Assembly: GCA_965153355.1 (NCBI GenBank)
Contig: OZ231126.1
Location: forward strand, 20,894,001-20,958,000
Direction: 5' to 3'
From: Flaccisagitta enflata
Lineage: Eukaryota
DNA length: 64,000 nucleotides
The notes below the pieces were generated by a model that was given only the letters and a program-made list of their open reading frames with translations, searched no databases and was not told the DNA's origin. Shown one piece after another: positions 1-13,933 of the stretch. The position numbers were made by a program, and so were the translations under genes. Position 1 is the first letter of the stretch. Every line of letters starts with the position of its first letter.

Positions 1-89
1 AACTCTACCAAATGAACATTGACATCTGGAAAATAACGTCCGGAGTTTTGGAAATCATAAGTCACCACGCTTGCAAACATATTTATGCA

Positions 90-250
90 CATTTAAACCC
101 TGCTGTAACGGACCCGCCACCAATCGAATTCTGCCTATACCAAATGCACTAGTTCATTTTTTAATTTCCTTTGTTGGTAATAATAGAAGTCCGCTTACAA
201 CAAAAGAAAATTCTTGGTCCCCTGAAATCCGTTACAGCAGGTTTCAACTG
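90..250. mobile_element. Tigger/pogo-like MITE, related to 38899..39075
   Basis: Imperfect TIRs CATTTAAACCCTGCTGTAACGG / CCGTTACAGCAGGTTTCAACTG, followed by TA. Confidence 0.65.
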
Positions 251-466
251 TACGAATGCTCCGATTTTCAGAAGAACTTATGAGCAGGAATGAGATCAGT
301 TTCATTGATCTTTTGTTGTCGAGGTTTTCGACAAAAGATTTCATTACAAAATTCTGGGTGTATCAGAGGATTTATTTTGATAAAATGATATCATGGGACC
401 TGTCATTATTTCAGTTCTGCATAAAAAGAAATATTTATCACTACACTTAAAAAAGAAAAGAAAAAA

Positions 467-529
<63 letters not shown>

Positions 530-603
530 GAAAAGAGGTGCAACTAAAAACGGCTGAAAGCTAAATTGTGAAAGGAGCGAAAAAAAGGGGACCAAAAAGA
601 AAA

Positions 604-734
604 CAAGGCCAAGCAGGCCAATAAGGTGCGACGTGAGGATCGTCGAACGAATGCGTTACCGACCGACCGACCGATCGACCTACCAACCAACCAACGGACA
701 CAGCCAGTTATAGAGGTGCTTTGTCGCACCGAAA
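604..734 (-). mobile_element. HINE-like element, GGTGCGAC subfamily
   Basis: On the - strand: hairpin GGTGCGACAAAGCACC, (GGTY)n core, subTIR GTCGCACC, end GGCCTTG + T. Confidence 0.65.
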
Positions 735-973
735 AAAGGCTGAACACATTCTTGAAGCGGTTATTTCATTGGGGCTTTCGTGTGTGTGTGTGTGGAAGAA
801 GACAATTTGAAGAGGGCCATAAAACTGCCAGCCTTATCAAACTGTTTCCAGCGGCGAGGCTTCTATCAAACAACTTTTCAGTTTCATCCAAACTAATTTC
901 CATTCAATCTCCAACTTGCCAGCAAGAGGTAGGGGGGGGAAGCAAAAGACAACCACGTTTAGTGACATAGATA

Positions 974-2339
974 CACTTTTTTTTTTATAAGAGACTTTTT
1001 TATAAGAGACATGAGGCTGAGATTCACTGAAAATTTAAGAACAAAATAAGAGACAGCTCAGGCTGACTTTTGCCTCAGCTAATTTTTAGCATGCACGCGA
1101 CTCTACACCCCGCTTTGTCCGTCCGTTGGTTGGTCAATCAGTTGGTCAGTCGGTTGGTCCCCATTTTACTTTTTTTATCAATTTCATTTCTTTAAGTCAT
1201 TTAAGTCTTTTTAGGTTAAACTTAGTCATTCTAAGCCATTCTAAGTCATTCTGTTACAGATTCTGTTAGTCTCGCACGCAACTTTTAGGTGTTGGCCTGG
1301 TTTTTCCTTTTATTACAAGTGAGAGTAGTAAAAGTAGTAATAGTAGCAGCAAAAGTAGTAGTAGTATCAGTAGTAGTAGTAATAGTAGTAGTAGTAGTAG
1401 TAGTAGTTGTAGTTGTAAAAGTAGTAGTAGTAGTAGTATTAAAAGTAGTAGTAGCAGTAATATTACAGTTTAGCTTCACTTGAAGGCATCTCAAGGGACC
1501 AGTGGATTTCATGCCTTCAAGGCGGGGTGCCTTATAGCCAAGCATGTACATTTCTGCACCATACTGAATGCATAAGGCTCAAATATACTTTACTTATTCT
1601 ATCTTTCACAATCAAATAGGCATAGATGGATACTTTGAAGTAACAACAAAAAAACTGGATTTTCCTATACTTTTTGCAAAAAGTAAAGTTTCACCATTAT
1701 CATTATTCATTTAATAGCATGACACCTAACATAGCATGAATAAGACCAGACTGATTTTGAAACTTGTATGGAGTTGACTATTCTTAGACCTTTTACTCTA
1801 ATGACATTCCGTGGTTGAAAATGTCATCCAGACACTAACATGTCATCATCGATTGACATGGATTCATTGACTAATCGACTTTCACTCTTCTTCTTCATCA
1901 TCTTCCTCCTCCTCCTCCTTCACTTGCTCTTCATCATAATCATCAATGCTACTTTTGATCATCGGCATACCTTTTCATCGTCATTGGTATTCCTCTTCAT
2001 CATCGTTATCGCTCTCATCGGTATTTCTTCTCCGTCTTTTGCCTTATCTTCCACCCTTAGCTTATCCACCTCCTCATCCTTAATACACTTTGTTTGTCAG
2101 ATGCCTTCAAAGCGAGCAAAATATTCACCAAAGACCCAATTTTTTGTGCGCTGTAGTGAAATTTGCCTATTAGGCGGGTGCCTTATATGCGGGGCTAATC
2201 AACAAAGGAATTAAAAGAAAAATGTTTGTACTTTTCAAATCATGCCTTGATGCGAGGGATGCCTTATTAGCGGGTGCGCTCTAGTGAATCTTGACTGTAG
2301 TTCTATGTTAGTTGTAGAGTAGTACTAGCAGTGGATGAG

Positions 2340-2394
<55 letters not shown>

Positions 2395-2586
2395 TAGTAG
2401 TAACAGTAGCAATAACAGTAGTATTAATAATAGTAATATCAGTAGTAGTGATAGTATTAGTAGTAATGGATCAAGTCAGGGAAAAATAAGAACAAATTAA
2501 GAGAATTCGAGGCTGAAAATGACTTGGAATTTAAGAACACTCAGGCTGAGTTGAAAAAAGGTTGTCTCTTATAAAAAAAAAAAGTG
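974..2586. mobile_element. TA-flanked MITE hosting a HINE (~1087..1299), a (GTA)n tract and a second MITE
   Basis: TIRs CAC(T)nATAAGAGAC / GTCTCTTAT(A)nGTG with TA on both sides. Internal AGGCTGA...AATTTAAGAACA motifs occur at both ends. Confidence 0.7.
1466..2297. mobile_element. Tc1/mariner-type non-autonomous element inserted in the (GTA)n tract
   Basis: Imperfect TIRs CAGTTTAGCTTCACT / AGTGAATCTTGACTG with TA on both sides. GCGGGTGCCTTAT-type subterminal motifs. Confidence 0.65.
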
Positions 2587-3451
2587 TATGACTGTCAATC
2601 AGTAACATAATAACATAGTAACATAGTCTCTGACCGCCTCCAATTTCAAGCCTGAGACAGCTTCCATATTTGACTTCAAACTGGAAGCGACATAAATATC
2701 ATCCGCTTTCGCACCCATAGTATCCGTACCTAGTCGCTCAAAAATATATCTGAGAAACAAAAAGAAAATTGTTGAAAATCAACTGGCCATCAGTCTTTTG
2801 TTAAAGATATTATATCTCTTAGCACGCATCGGAGGCCAATGTGGCCCTCCACTTGAGCAAATGAGAAGCGCAAGTTTTAAAGGTCTATATCCTGATCAAT
2901 AACACCACTAAAACTAATAAACCACCTCGAAGGATTTTTGGATCGGAACTGTTTGAAATCTAAATTGGCTATAGATAAACAAGTGACGCGGGGTCACAAT
3001 ATCGTTGCGGACAGGTAGACAGGGGTATCTTTCCTAGTGAAAGTCGAAGATCCGGCATCGGCGTCGGTCTACTGACCGGCGCCATGCTCCAACACCGGAA
3101 CTGACGCCGGTGACGTGACTCACCATCGGGAAGCCGACGACCGAAGTCATAAACCGATGTCCGATCTTTTGTTTTTTGGGTTTTTTTTCTTTTGGCATGT
3201 GAATTCAACTCATCATCAAAACAGGTGTCATTTTCATTTTCTCTCTCCTACCAAAATATGATGAGTGCAACTTCCATGGACATCAAATTCAAAGAAAAAA
3301 AATATTCATTTCATCCCTCCAAGTCACTATGACGGCATTCGCTTATTATTTTATTTTCAAACGCATATGTTATTTTACCTTGAATCAGTCCATCGCACAA
3401 ATTTTATCAAAGCTTGAAGCATAGCAGAAAAAGTTAGAATAACTGTGTCTC

Positions 3452-3812
<361 letters not shown>

Positions 3813-4283
3813 CGATTACATTGCAACCTGTAGCTGTATGAGCGTTTTATTTAAAGTCTATATCATCTACAGAGGAAGGGTTAATACAAGGTGTGAACCC
3901 CCTAAAACTGTAGCGACCCCCTTACAGTACAAAATACAGTAATAGGTTGTTTATAATGGGTTGCAAATTATAGTATATATATATAATACAAGTGGCACCA
4001 TTAAGGCGATTTTGCATTTTTTTTTCAATGATTTGGCTTTTCTGTAGCATTTATCTGTAATTAGTACTGAGAGACTGCTAATGACAACAAAACTAAAAAT
4101 CTATGTTAGAAGCATGGGTGTAAACCATGTTGTGTTAGTGTAAAGTTTCATGAATGCATGCATATATAAAAAGTGGTAAAAAGTAGAGGTAAAAAATCAT
4201 TGGTGTACCGTAGGTTGACGCTTGATAATCAGTGGAGTTATAAGTAGTAATGGGCCTCAGTAGAGTTAAATGTTTAAAAAAAG

Positions 4284-4814
4284 TAGTGGTTGTCCCAAAG
4301 TAGGTTATCCAAAGTTGAAGCCGAAGAAAGTCAAAACCGAAGCTGAAGTTGAAGCCGAAGAAGGTCAAAGTTGAAGCTGAAATTAAAAAAAATAATGATT
4401 TAGAAATTGATAATTAAATCAAAATGCTAAAATTCAATAATTTTTTTTTTTTATTAATATATGTCAATCAAGTTTAAGTTTCATTTTGATAGATTCAAAT
4501 TAAATCTTTTCCTATTTTGATGAATTGATTGAATTAGAATAATAATTTATTTGTAATCAAATTTTTTTTACTACTTTGTGATAACATGATAATGTATATC
4601 AAATTCAATAAATAATCAATATTATATTGCAAAAACTTAAAAGATTTAAAGGTTTTCAATTTTTTTTGTTGCTTAAGTTTAAATTTTTAAACAACAAAGA
4701 TAAAAACTTCGGACTTCAGAAATCGACTTCGGCAATCTTCAGATTTGGCTTCGGCTGAAGTAAATTGTTATCTTCGGCTTCGGCTTCGGCTTACCCCCCT
4801 TCGGTCTACCACTA
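4284..4814. mobile_element. Degenerate hAT-like MITE
   Basis: Termini TAGTGGT...ACCACTA with GCCGAA repeats on the left and TTCGGC repeats on the right. No clear TSD. Confidence 0.5.
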
Positions 4815-5274
4815 ATCTTTCCCTCATCCACACCCAACACCCCCCCCCCTCCACACACACAGAGACATCAATGCATCGTGAATGATTGCTTTTGCACTTT
4901 TCGACTCATGGTCACGGACGGACGGACGAAGTCTCATACAAAGTTGCAAGATCAATCGTCAAAAACTAGTTCACAACGTAGATTCGTGGAAACAGTTTGA
5001 ACTAAAAAACTTCAAACAACCCCCTCAATAGGGGACGAGCTATAACTTAAGAATTATAAGGCTGGAATTGCATCTCCGTTTGAAAAAAACTCGCCCCCTG
5101 AAGTGTCTAGGGTCACGACAGACGTAAATCACCACCAATCTAGATGTTCTTAGTTTTGTTTGACGGAGATTCGATTTCTTACGCGGCTTTCTCTTAGTAA
5201 GCCATAAATTTCTAACTTCTAAGGGGCCCCTAAGGGCCCCCAAAAAAGCCCCTAAAGAGATTTAAAAAAAAAAA

Positions 5275-5660
5275 AATAAGTGGAGTTCAATAGATTGGAA
5301 ATGACCTAATTCGCCTAGATTCAAAATCTTGAAATTTGACTTTTTCAAAAAAACTTAAAAATTTTTTTTGTCGCAACTTGGGGCCTTAGAGAAAAAAATC
5401 ATAAAATTGTTTTTTGAAAAATGGTCTTCAAAAGTAGGGTGCAATCGATGGTAAATGACCTAATTCGCCTAGATCCAATACCCTTAGAAATATGTTTTTT
5501 AAAAAAATCCTAGAAAATTTTAGAGTATTTTTACTAAGGGCCTCTAAAAATTTTCACAAAATATTTTTTTGAAAAATGGTCTTCACAAGAGGGGTGCAAT
5601 CGATAGGAGATGACTTAATTTGCCTAGATCCAATACCCTGAAAAATGCTTTTTTTTCAAA
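5275..5660. repeat. ~155-bp tandem repeat (about 2.5 copies), probably inside a non-autonomous DNA transposon
   Basis: ATGACCTAATTCGCCTAGATYCAA recurs at ~5301, ~5455 and ~5610. Confidence 0.6.
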
Positions 5661-6359
5661 AAATTGAAATTTGTATTGGGGGCAAGTTCAGTGAGAGAAT
5701 GGAGAAAAACACTGTCGGTTTTTCTTTTTTCTCGTCATATATAAAAACGGCTGTAATTTCTAAAATATTGATGCGATTGCCTTGAAATTTTGAATACAAG
5801 CTCACGTCATGCTTCTCGACGTTTGAGCCAGAAATAATGATTGTGAACTGTCGTGTAGTTGCATGCACTTCTTTGCCTACCCTCAACGCGACAAGCGACG
5901 TGGGACGACGTGAGAAGTCCTTTATCTTGCTTCAGTCCTCGGTTTTTTTTTGGTTTGGGTCTTTTACCAAACATTGAATATGCCGAGTTAGTTTGATTGT
6001 ACGAATTTTAAAAGAAATTGAAAAGATAATCAAAAAGACGAGAAAAAAAGAAAAGAGCCTTCGGTACATTCATAATTCTTCATCACGCGTTCATAAAGTT
6101 TCAGAATCCTACAATTTAAGATACTGCTCATCGGAATGGTTGGTCGGTTGGTTCATCGTCACAGTGGCTGCTATCAACCTCGAGTTTGACGGAGTTACGA
6201 CATGAAGCGTCAAAACTGTTGAAATCAAGCGAATTGAATCGAAGCGTCGTAATGTGCATGGCGACGTCCTTGTCTAAGCGGGGACCTATCACGGAGTTTT
6301 GACTGATTGACAATGAAATAAGTGTCATATCTGTCCCTTCGTAGTAGTGTCAAAGACGG

Positions 6360-6420
<61 letters not shown>

Positions 6421-6425
6421 AAGAG

Positions 6426-6492
<67 letters not shown>

Positions 6493-7138
6493 AGAGAAAC
6501 AATCGTCACGGAGTAGCAATATCGTCGGGTGGGCAGAGGAGTAACCCCCCCCCCCTGTCTACATATTCCTTTTACACACACTTCACACATTCCAAACCGT
6601 AGCATTCTTAATGGACCGGCGGACCAACGGACTGACAGACGGACAAGCCTCTCATAGAAACGCGAGTCCGAGACCAAAAATAGAGAGCCACTATCTAAGT
6701 TAATTTTAACATCTGGTACGCATCCTCGAGGTTAAATGACGACTTCAGTGTTTGAACTGACTGAATCAAACTAAAAAAGTGCATTTTAAGTAATTTCCAG
6801 AGAGCACGACCATGTTTTTGTCAAGGCCTTCATGCCAAGAATGTGTTAAAAATTGTATACTACAAACATAGGGCGTTTTCAACCAACGTCCAAAATGGGG
6901 TGAAAAAATCATGCAAGAAAAGTAAAATAAATAAAACACTTTTATTAGAATAGCTTAAGAAGCATTATCCACTAATAAGAAATTGCATTAGTGGACACAT
7001 TCAGGTTCATTTGTGAACGTTCATGGCTAAATCTTGCAAAAATCATCAAACTCTTAATTTACTGCAATATGCAAATGAGCTTTTTGTCATCGATGAACAG
7101 AGAAAGCAGGCATCAAAGTGATGCCGAAGTACATTTTT

Positions 7139-7526
7139 TAGTCGCGTGCACGCGACTCTACACCCCGCGGTCCGTCCGTCGGTCCGTCGGTCCGTCCGTC
7201 CGTCGGTCCGTCGGTCCGTCGGTCCGTCTGTCACACTTTACTTTTTTTGTGATAAAACGTCAACTCTTAGGTCATTTCAAGTCTTTTTTAGTCATTAATA
7301 GTTATTCTAAGTCATTTTGAGTCATTCTAAGTCATTTAAAGTTATTCAAAGTCATTTTAAGTTATTTTAAGTCATTTTTGGTCGTTAGGTTTTTTAGACA
7401 TTTTAAGTCCTTTTTGGACATTTTAAGTCATTCTAAGTCGTTCTAAGTCATTCTAAGTCATTTTAAGTCATTCTAAGTCCTTCTTACCCTGTAAATCTCG
7501 CACGCGACTTATAGGTGTTGGCCTTG
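7139..7526 (+). mobile_element. HINE/DINE-1-like Helentron derivative carrying (GTCC/GTCG)n and a 10-bp AAGTCATTCT tandem array
   Basis: 5' hairpin AGTCGCGTGCACGCGACT, 3' subTIR GCACGCGACT, end GGCCTTG, T-rich flanks. Same subfamily as ~1087..1299. Confidence 0.75.
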
Positions 7527-8640
7527 TTTCTTGACCTTTTTAATGAGGAAAATATTATTGCAAGGAATGTTGAGATGAACATTAATCTTTTGGCAATGAT
7601 AATATGAACCCTGGCAGTTAAACAAGGGCAGGGGCTGCTCGAAGAGCATTAAAGCCGCTTGAAGAGCATCAATCTGACTCATACAGCAACTCCTAAAATA
7701 ATCGAGTCAAAGCACAAAATGTTCACGGTAGTAATCATTTCAAGTGATTATGATCTAGTTTTCAAATTCAGTCAATACTCATCTGTGTACTTGTGCTTGC
7801 AACAATGAGAGTCATCATGATTTGCAAAGGCTGGAAATAAATTATTCCAACCGTCCTCAGTTTTCATTTGCAAAATTGACCAAGTTTAGCGCGAATGCTG
7901 AATAGGACAAGAAAAAAGCCTTAATTATGTGTCTGAGCCACATCAGGGCTTAAAGCAGGACATATAGCACTGACTCTTTCAGGCACAAATCAACCCTTTT
8001 AAGTTGCAGACACGCAACTTTTGAAGAGGCTTTGTCTGACCATTGATCCGTTGGTCCATCAGTCCATTAGTATGTGATGAGCGAATGGAAAAGTGAGAAA
8101 ACGTGCATTTATGATGCTGCAGTTGTGATTGTCTGTGTGTGAGAGGTAGGAGATGGTGTAAATGGGGGTTGTATTCCCTGCTCACCCATCTGCAACAATT
8201 TTGTGACCTCGCGTCACTTGTTGCCCTATAATAACTTAAAAAGAGCAGCCATATATAATCTGTTTGCCTAAAAAAAGTCATTTCCCTGTAAATTGAGCAA
8301 TTCAATCATTTAACCAGCGCAGAAATCCAGAAATCAGTCCTCTTATTCCCCTCAGTCATTCCATTCTCATATCATATCATCCCTTGATGCCCCTTAATTT
8401 TAGCACACTGGTTTTTTTTAACCCCTTCCTACCGGCCTTTAACTAGGGGTTTACATGTTTATTCTACTCTGTTATGTATTCAAATTTCAAAGATATCCTT
8501 GCTTCAAGTTTTAGAATAGTAATTGAAAGCTGAGCACCAGGGTTTTGAGTAAATCACTTATTGTACAATTATTGATAATCTTTTTTTTTTGGCTGCTGCC
8601 TCCTTAAAATGAATGATAGCAATGTTAAAATTTCAAATAA

Positions 8641-8850
8641 CAAGGCTGGTTACATGGCTACCCCAGTTGCCTGCTGGTGGGCAGGGGCTGTTTTGAGGTC
8701 ACTTGATCACTTGGGCAGGGGAGTGAGGGCAAAGATCGCAAAAGAGTGAAGTTGACAGAAGGACAGACAGCCGGACAGATGGATGGATGGATATATGGAT
8801 AGACGGATGGACCGACAAAGCAGGGTGTAGAGTCGCGTAGCACGCGACTA
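8641..8850 (-). mobile_element. HINE-like element
   Basis: On the - strand: TAGTCGCGTGCTACGCGACTCTAC, microsatellite core, CCTGCCCA motif, end GCCTTG. Confidence 0.7.
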
Positions 8851-11024
8851 AAAAGTAATTGGGACTCCTGCCCTACTAAGGCTTTAGTTACTACTTCAGG
8901 GCCTTAGGGGCTGTAGTATAAGTAGGAAATTGGCAATAAAGCCCTACATACAAAAAAGCCCATGTTCCAAGAAAAGTGATCTTTCAGTCTCAGACTTGCA
9001 ACAATTAATGAGGCCTTGTCAATAAATTGGTTGGTGATACTTGAGTCAAAAAGTGTGAAAATGCGCATTTAGGATGCTGCAGTTGGGATTAAATGAAGTT
9101 TGTGTAAATAAGGGGAGTAAGGGGGTTGTTGTACGCCCCTGCCCACCTGTCCATGACGATATTGTAAACCCGCATTACTTGTCCTTAAAAAATGAGCAAA
9201 GAAACATTAGTTGTAGAGTACAATATCCAAAAGCTAAGATTGAGGAGCCCAATATGCTCCTAACATTTTAACATTTATAAACTTCCCTCTGTCTAAAATC
9301 ATCTTTCTCAGATTACACTATAGGCTTAGAATATGCTCTCTTAAGCTTCAAATCAACTCTCTTAAACTTCCCCAGCTCCATTTGCTCAGCACAGAACCTT
9401 GAAAGGATACAAACTTCTTCAAAGTCTTTATGGTCTAAAAAGAGCATTTTCTGACCCTACGTTTATACTCTGAGACAAGATACAGCTAATTTGAAGTTTG
9501 AGGATGAAGATTCAAGAGCTAAGAGGGTTGGTAAGAAACTTGTGAAGGTTGATTTAGGGCCGGTGAGGGCTGATATGAAGCCAGTGAAAACAGATTTGAG
9601 GAATGGGGAAGTGGATTAGAGACCTGAGAGGGCTGATTTGGGGTCCGCAAGTTCTGATGTGGGGTCTGAGAAGGCTGATTTGCAGTCTGAGAAGGTGGAT
9701 ATGAGGTTTAGGAGGGCTTGGGGGGTGGGAGGGGGCAAACAAACAGGAGGGCAAACCTGGGCCTTTGGGGCCGCTGTCCAAAGGATAGACAAGATTTTGG
9801 TCAATTCTTATCTACTTAGGATATTAAGGACCGCTATGTAGGCTCCATAGTGATCCTCTAGACTTAGACATTATCTTTCCCATGTTCCATATCCCAATTT
9901 TTGAGCATTACTTTGCAGTTATGGTTCCCTTGGGGCCCCATTTGCTAATTGTATTCCTTATCAACAGCCTAGATATGTATCAACACAACTTACCAGCCTA
10001 GATTTGTATCAACATAACTTACCAGCCTAGATATGAATCAACATAACTTACCAGGTGGTTATGTCAGAACTAAAGTGGAAAAAAAGTCAATTTCTACAAA
10101 AAAATTTCCGGTGTTTAGACATTCAGGGCCCCCTAGTGAGAACTTTGGGACCCCTCACTACAAGCTTCAATTTGTTTTACCCTTTTATCAATTCATAGTT
10201 CAAATATGTTTTTTTTCAATATGTCTAAATTTGTAAGAATTACAGTTTTTTTGGGATATTTGGGTTCCCCTAAGGGCTCTAAGGGCCCTGTGGGCCATTT
10301 TTAACAACTGCATCCCTTTTCTTTTACAAAAATATTAAGTAGGTCAGAGGATGTTGAAAATAAGTTTTACAGGTAATTTTAGTGAAATAAAAGTGGAGAA
10401 AATACCAAATTTGTTGCAATTCTGTCATTTTAGGACATTTGGGGGCCCTTTCAGGATCCTCCAGGGGCCCCTCATCCCAGGTTAATAATTTCATGAACTC
10501 TACTTCATAATATCTGTCAAATGTAACAAATATCAGGGGTTTTGCTCACTTCTGCAAAGAGTTACCAAGGATAGAAGCTAAAATATGCCATATTGAGGGA
10601 CCCAAAAACCAAGGAGAAAATGGGGGTAATACCCCTGACAGATAAAGAGCCCGTGCTCTCTGGAATTTAATGAAAATACACTTTTATGGGTTCCCTCAGT
10701 CAATCAAAGGGCTAAAGTCGCCAATTCACTTCGAGGATGGAGGTTTTGAGAATGATAGTGCCACTCTACCAAAAAGTTAGATCCCATCCCCTCGAATCTT
10801 TTTTTCCTTTAATCAGCGCCGTATCTTCGTCAACGTCGCGTTAATTAGTCGCTTTGAGTATCCACGCTAATGACGTCGCGCATTCCGTTCTAATTTCGAC
10901 GCGTCATCGCATGACATTCTCAAAACTGCAACTCGTTAAAATGTCACTCGACAGCGCGACGAAGACGAATGTAGGTGAAATTTCGAAGGCAAGACCGCAG
11001 GAGCGTTGCGCAGGGACACACGAA

Positions 11025-11075
<51 letters not shown>

Positions 11076-12662
11076 GAGAAGCAGACAGACATGAAAAAAA
11101 GTCGAAAAGGTAGACAGACATGGAAAAAAAACAGTCGGCAAATCATGTACAATCAGTTAAAGAATCAGAAAAAAAAGAAAGATATAGGGATAGCAAGCAT
11201 GCATGTTACCATCAAGCCATAAAGTAAGCAAGCAATAGAGACAGAAAGAAGGGAGAAAGAACCTGGAATTGCGAAAGACAGAAAATACAGAGTCGGTGAG
11301 ACAAAAATGAGAAAAAAAAATTTCATGGACAAAACGAAAATTTCATAGAAATCTCAAGATCTGCTTGGCTCCTTTTCCTCTCAATCCGCCTTTGATTGGC
11401 TAGAATTAAATCAGATAACGCAAATGGCGATACTCTCAAAAGCGTTGATAAGGCAGACTGAAAAACTTGATGGGTGTTGGGAGGATCACCCACTTTGCCC
11501 CTTAGCTGGAGAAGAGGCAGGAAGCCTCAAACTTTGGAGCTGCCTAAATATTTGATTATCCTAATTTTCTTTTTTTTTCCGAACTCGGAAGAGGATGAAG
11601 AAAGAAGTTAAACATTTTTCCCCTCCCTCAACGAAGGAATGCGAATGACGGTTACAACAAGTTAGCATGGGGTGATGGGGAAAGCAGATTATAAGGTGGA
11701 GAATTGACAGATACAGATACAGATACGTTTAGTTTAGATCCTAATAGTGAGGGGCCAGAATACAGTCAAAACGTTACAGTACAGCAGAATTATGTTCATT
11801 TAAACTTACAAATATAATGCAACGGCTATGTACATGCGGGTCAGGGCTGGTGATATGAAGACGATAGCCGTAGCTGTACCTTGTCAAAGTGAAAAGCTTT
11901 ACAGTTACGTTACAATTTCGTTGACATCGGTCCGTCAGTCTGTTCGTCCGTCGAATCGAAGCACCCGTCGGTTAGTAACATTCCTCGATTCCAGGATTTT
12001 GTTTTACGGTATAAATTACCATTACGGTTTTACAGTTTAAGACTCCGATGTGAACATCTTCTTTTGTTCTTGGAATGCGGATATTCATCAGCTTATCCAG
12101 ATTTTAAATTCATAGGTCAATGACCCGATCATTCACCGACAATGATGCCAAACTGGAGGATATTCAAGCCGCTTCCTGCGCTTCTTACGCTTCTTACGTG
12201 GCCGCCGAGACATCAACAACATAACAACAACAACAAGTCACGCGGGGTCACCATTTCGTTGCAGACGGGTGGGGTTTTTTTCGTTTGTTCGCTCGTCCGC
12301 TCGTCCGTTTGATATATAAAAGTAAAGCTACCAAAGGAAGCAACCTTTTTACGAGTTGCTCATCGAGATGGTAGCTGTTCCAACAGAACAATTACAATTA
12401 TGTGGCAAAGAAAAATAACCAGTCAGTAGTTCTTCAAAACCAAAAGCACGTGGCAAAGAACTAACCAGTCAGTAGTTCTTAAGAACCAAAAGCGAGCATT
12501 GTTACCATGCAACTTCTAAAAATTGAAAATTCAAAATTGACCAGTCACTAGTTTTTAAAAATCTAAAGTATAAATCAGTAAAAAAAAGTTGCATTTTCAC
12601 CAAAATTCAACGACTTTCCCAAATATAAAAATGAAGACTATAAATACATCCAACTAGAAAAT

Positions 12663-12930
12663 ATGATGCTTTCATAAGTGCAAAAATATCAGTGATTATT
12701 CTCTGAGCAAATACTGAGGATTTTATGATACTAAGAAACCATTTGTAGAGAGAAAAAAAAGAAAATCTCTGTTTTGATCATCATGCTCTTATGGTCTTAT
12801 GATGCTTTCATAAGTGCAAATACTATTAGTGATTATTCTCTGAGCAAATACTGAAGATTTTATGATACTAAAAAAAACCGTTTGTAGAGAGAAAAAAGAA
12901 AATCTCTGTTTTGATCCTCATGCTCTTATG
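12663..12930. repeat. ~136-bp tandem duplication immediately 3' of the ORF1-like gene
   Basis: ATGATGCTTTCATAAGTGCAAA...TCATGCTCTTATG is present at 12663 and 12799. Confidence 0.85.
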
Positions 12931-12947
12931 TTCGCTAAGTTAGTGAG

Positions 12948-13933
12948 TCATTTAATCGGAAAGCATGCTATTCTTCGCTCACGACTGCCACCGATAACTT
13001 TGAAAAACTTGACACTTTTTTCATCCGCAGTGAGAGAATTGTTCAATTGCTCAGCATCTTGCCGTAATTTAATCTCCCATGCTTTTTCCACTTGACATTC
13101 CAATTCTGTCATGTCGTGAGTGATAACCACCCCTTTCCATTTCTCCATTCCTTTCAGCTTCTTTGCCATCAGGAGCAAAGCCCTCTTTTTTTCTGAACAT
13201 GCAAATTTGACGACCAGGGGGCGCAAATTGTTACTGTTTGATGTTCCAACACAAAAATGATGAACAATGTCCATAGAAGGATCCAGGTCCAGGTCCAAGT
13301 CACCAGCAAGCAATTTGATCAAGGCATGATCGTCATCCGTTTCCTGTTGCCCAAAAATGATGACGTTGTTTCTCTTTCGTTCGCGCAAGACCCATTCTGG
13401 AACAAATTGCACCGGTGTGCCTTCATTTGTTGTGGCAGAGGTGGTTGAACTTTGTGCAGAATTGTGAATATCATCCACTTTTGCCTTGATTGCTTGAAAT
13501 TCGGTCTGGAGCTCCTGTAATCTGACGTCAGTTGATGTTGCTCTTTCTCCGATGGCATCCATCTTGGTCTTCAATTCATCTTTGATACGCCTGGTTTTTT
13601 CCATCTCCTCTGCAAACTTGCGATTTGTTGCATCTAACTGTTGTTGTGATTTGGTCAGTTTCTTTCCAAAGGCTTCAAGTTCGGTTTTTGAGGAAACCTG
13701 ATGCTTAACCACTTGGGCTTTGAAGGAATCGGCACTTGTGATATGTTTTTCCATTTTTATGCTAAGCATCCTTTAAAGCAGTCTGATTTTGGTCAATGCC
13801 TTCCATGACGCCGTTTAACTTTCCAAGACCATTTTTGAAACATACAAACAGATCATTCATTTCGGTTTTCCATTCATTTATTTCTTTTGACTCTTTTTCC
13901 AGTTGCTCAATATCACGTTGTATTTTCTCCATG
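12948..13933 (-). pseudogene. Non-LTR retrotransposon ORF1p-like sequence (coiled coil + RRM + CTD; CR1/L2/L1 type), frameshifted near 13770, with no ORF2
   Basis: 273-aa ORF: long coiled coil, then ERKRNNVIIFG..E, RPLVVKF, KKLKG and VVITHDMT motifs typical of LINE ORF1p. An upstream coiled-coil frame starting at ATG 13933 is out of frame. Confidence 0.75.

Larger units (their letters stand above)
6681..10768. mobile_element. 4.1-kb TIR element (TAGAG termini, ~130-bp diverged TIRs, 7-bp TSD) with several nested insertions
   Basis: 6681..6810 is the diverged reverse complement of ~10650..10768. CCAAAAA flanks both ends (6674-6680; 10769-10775). Confidence 0.65.
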
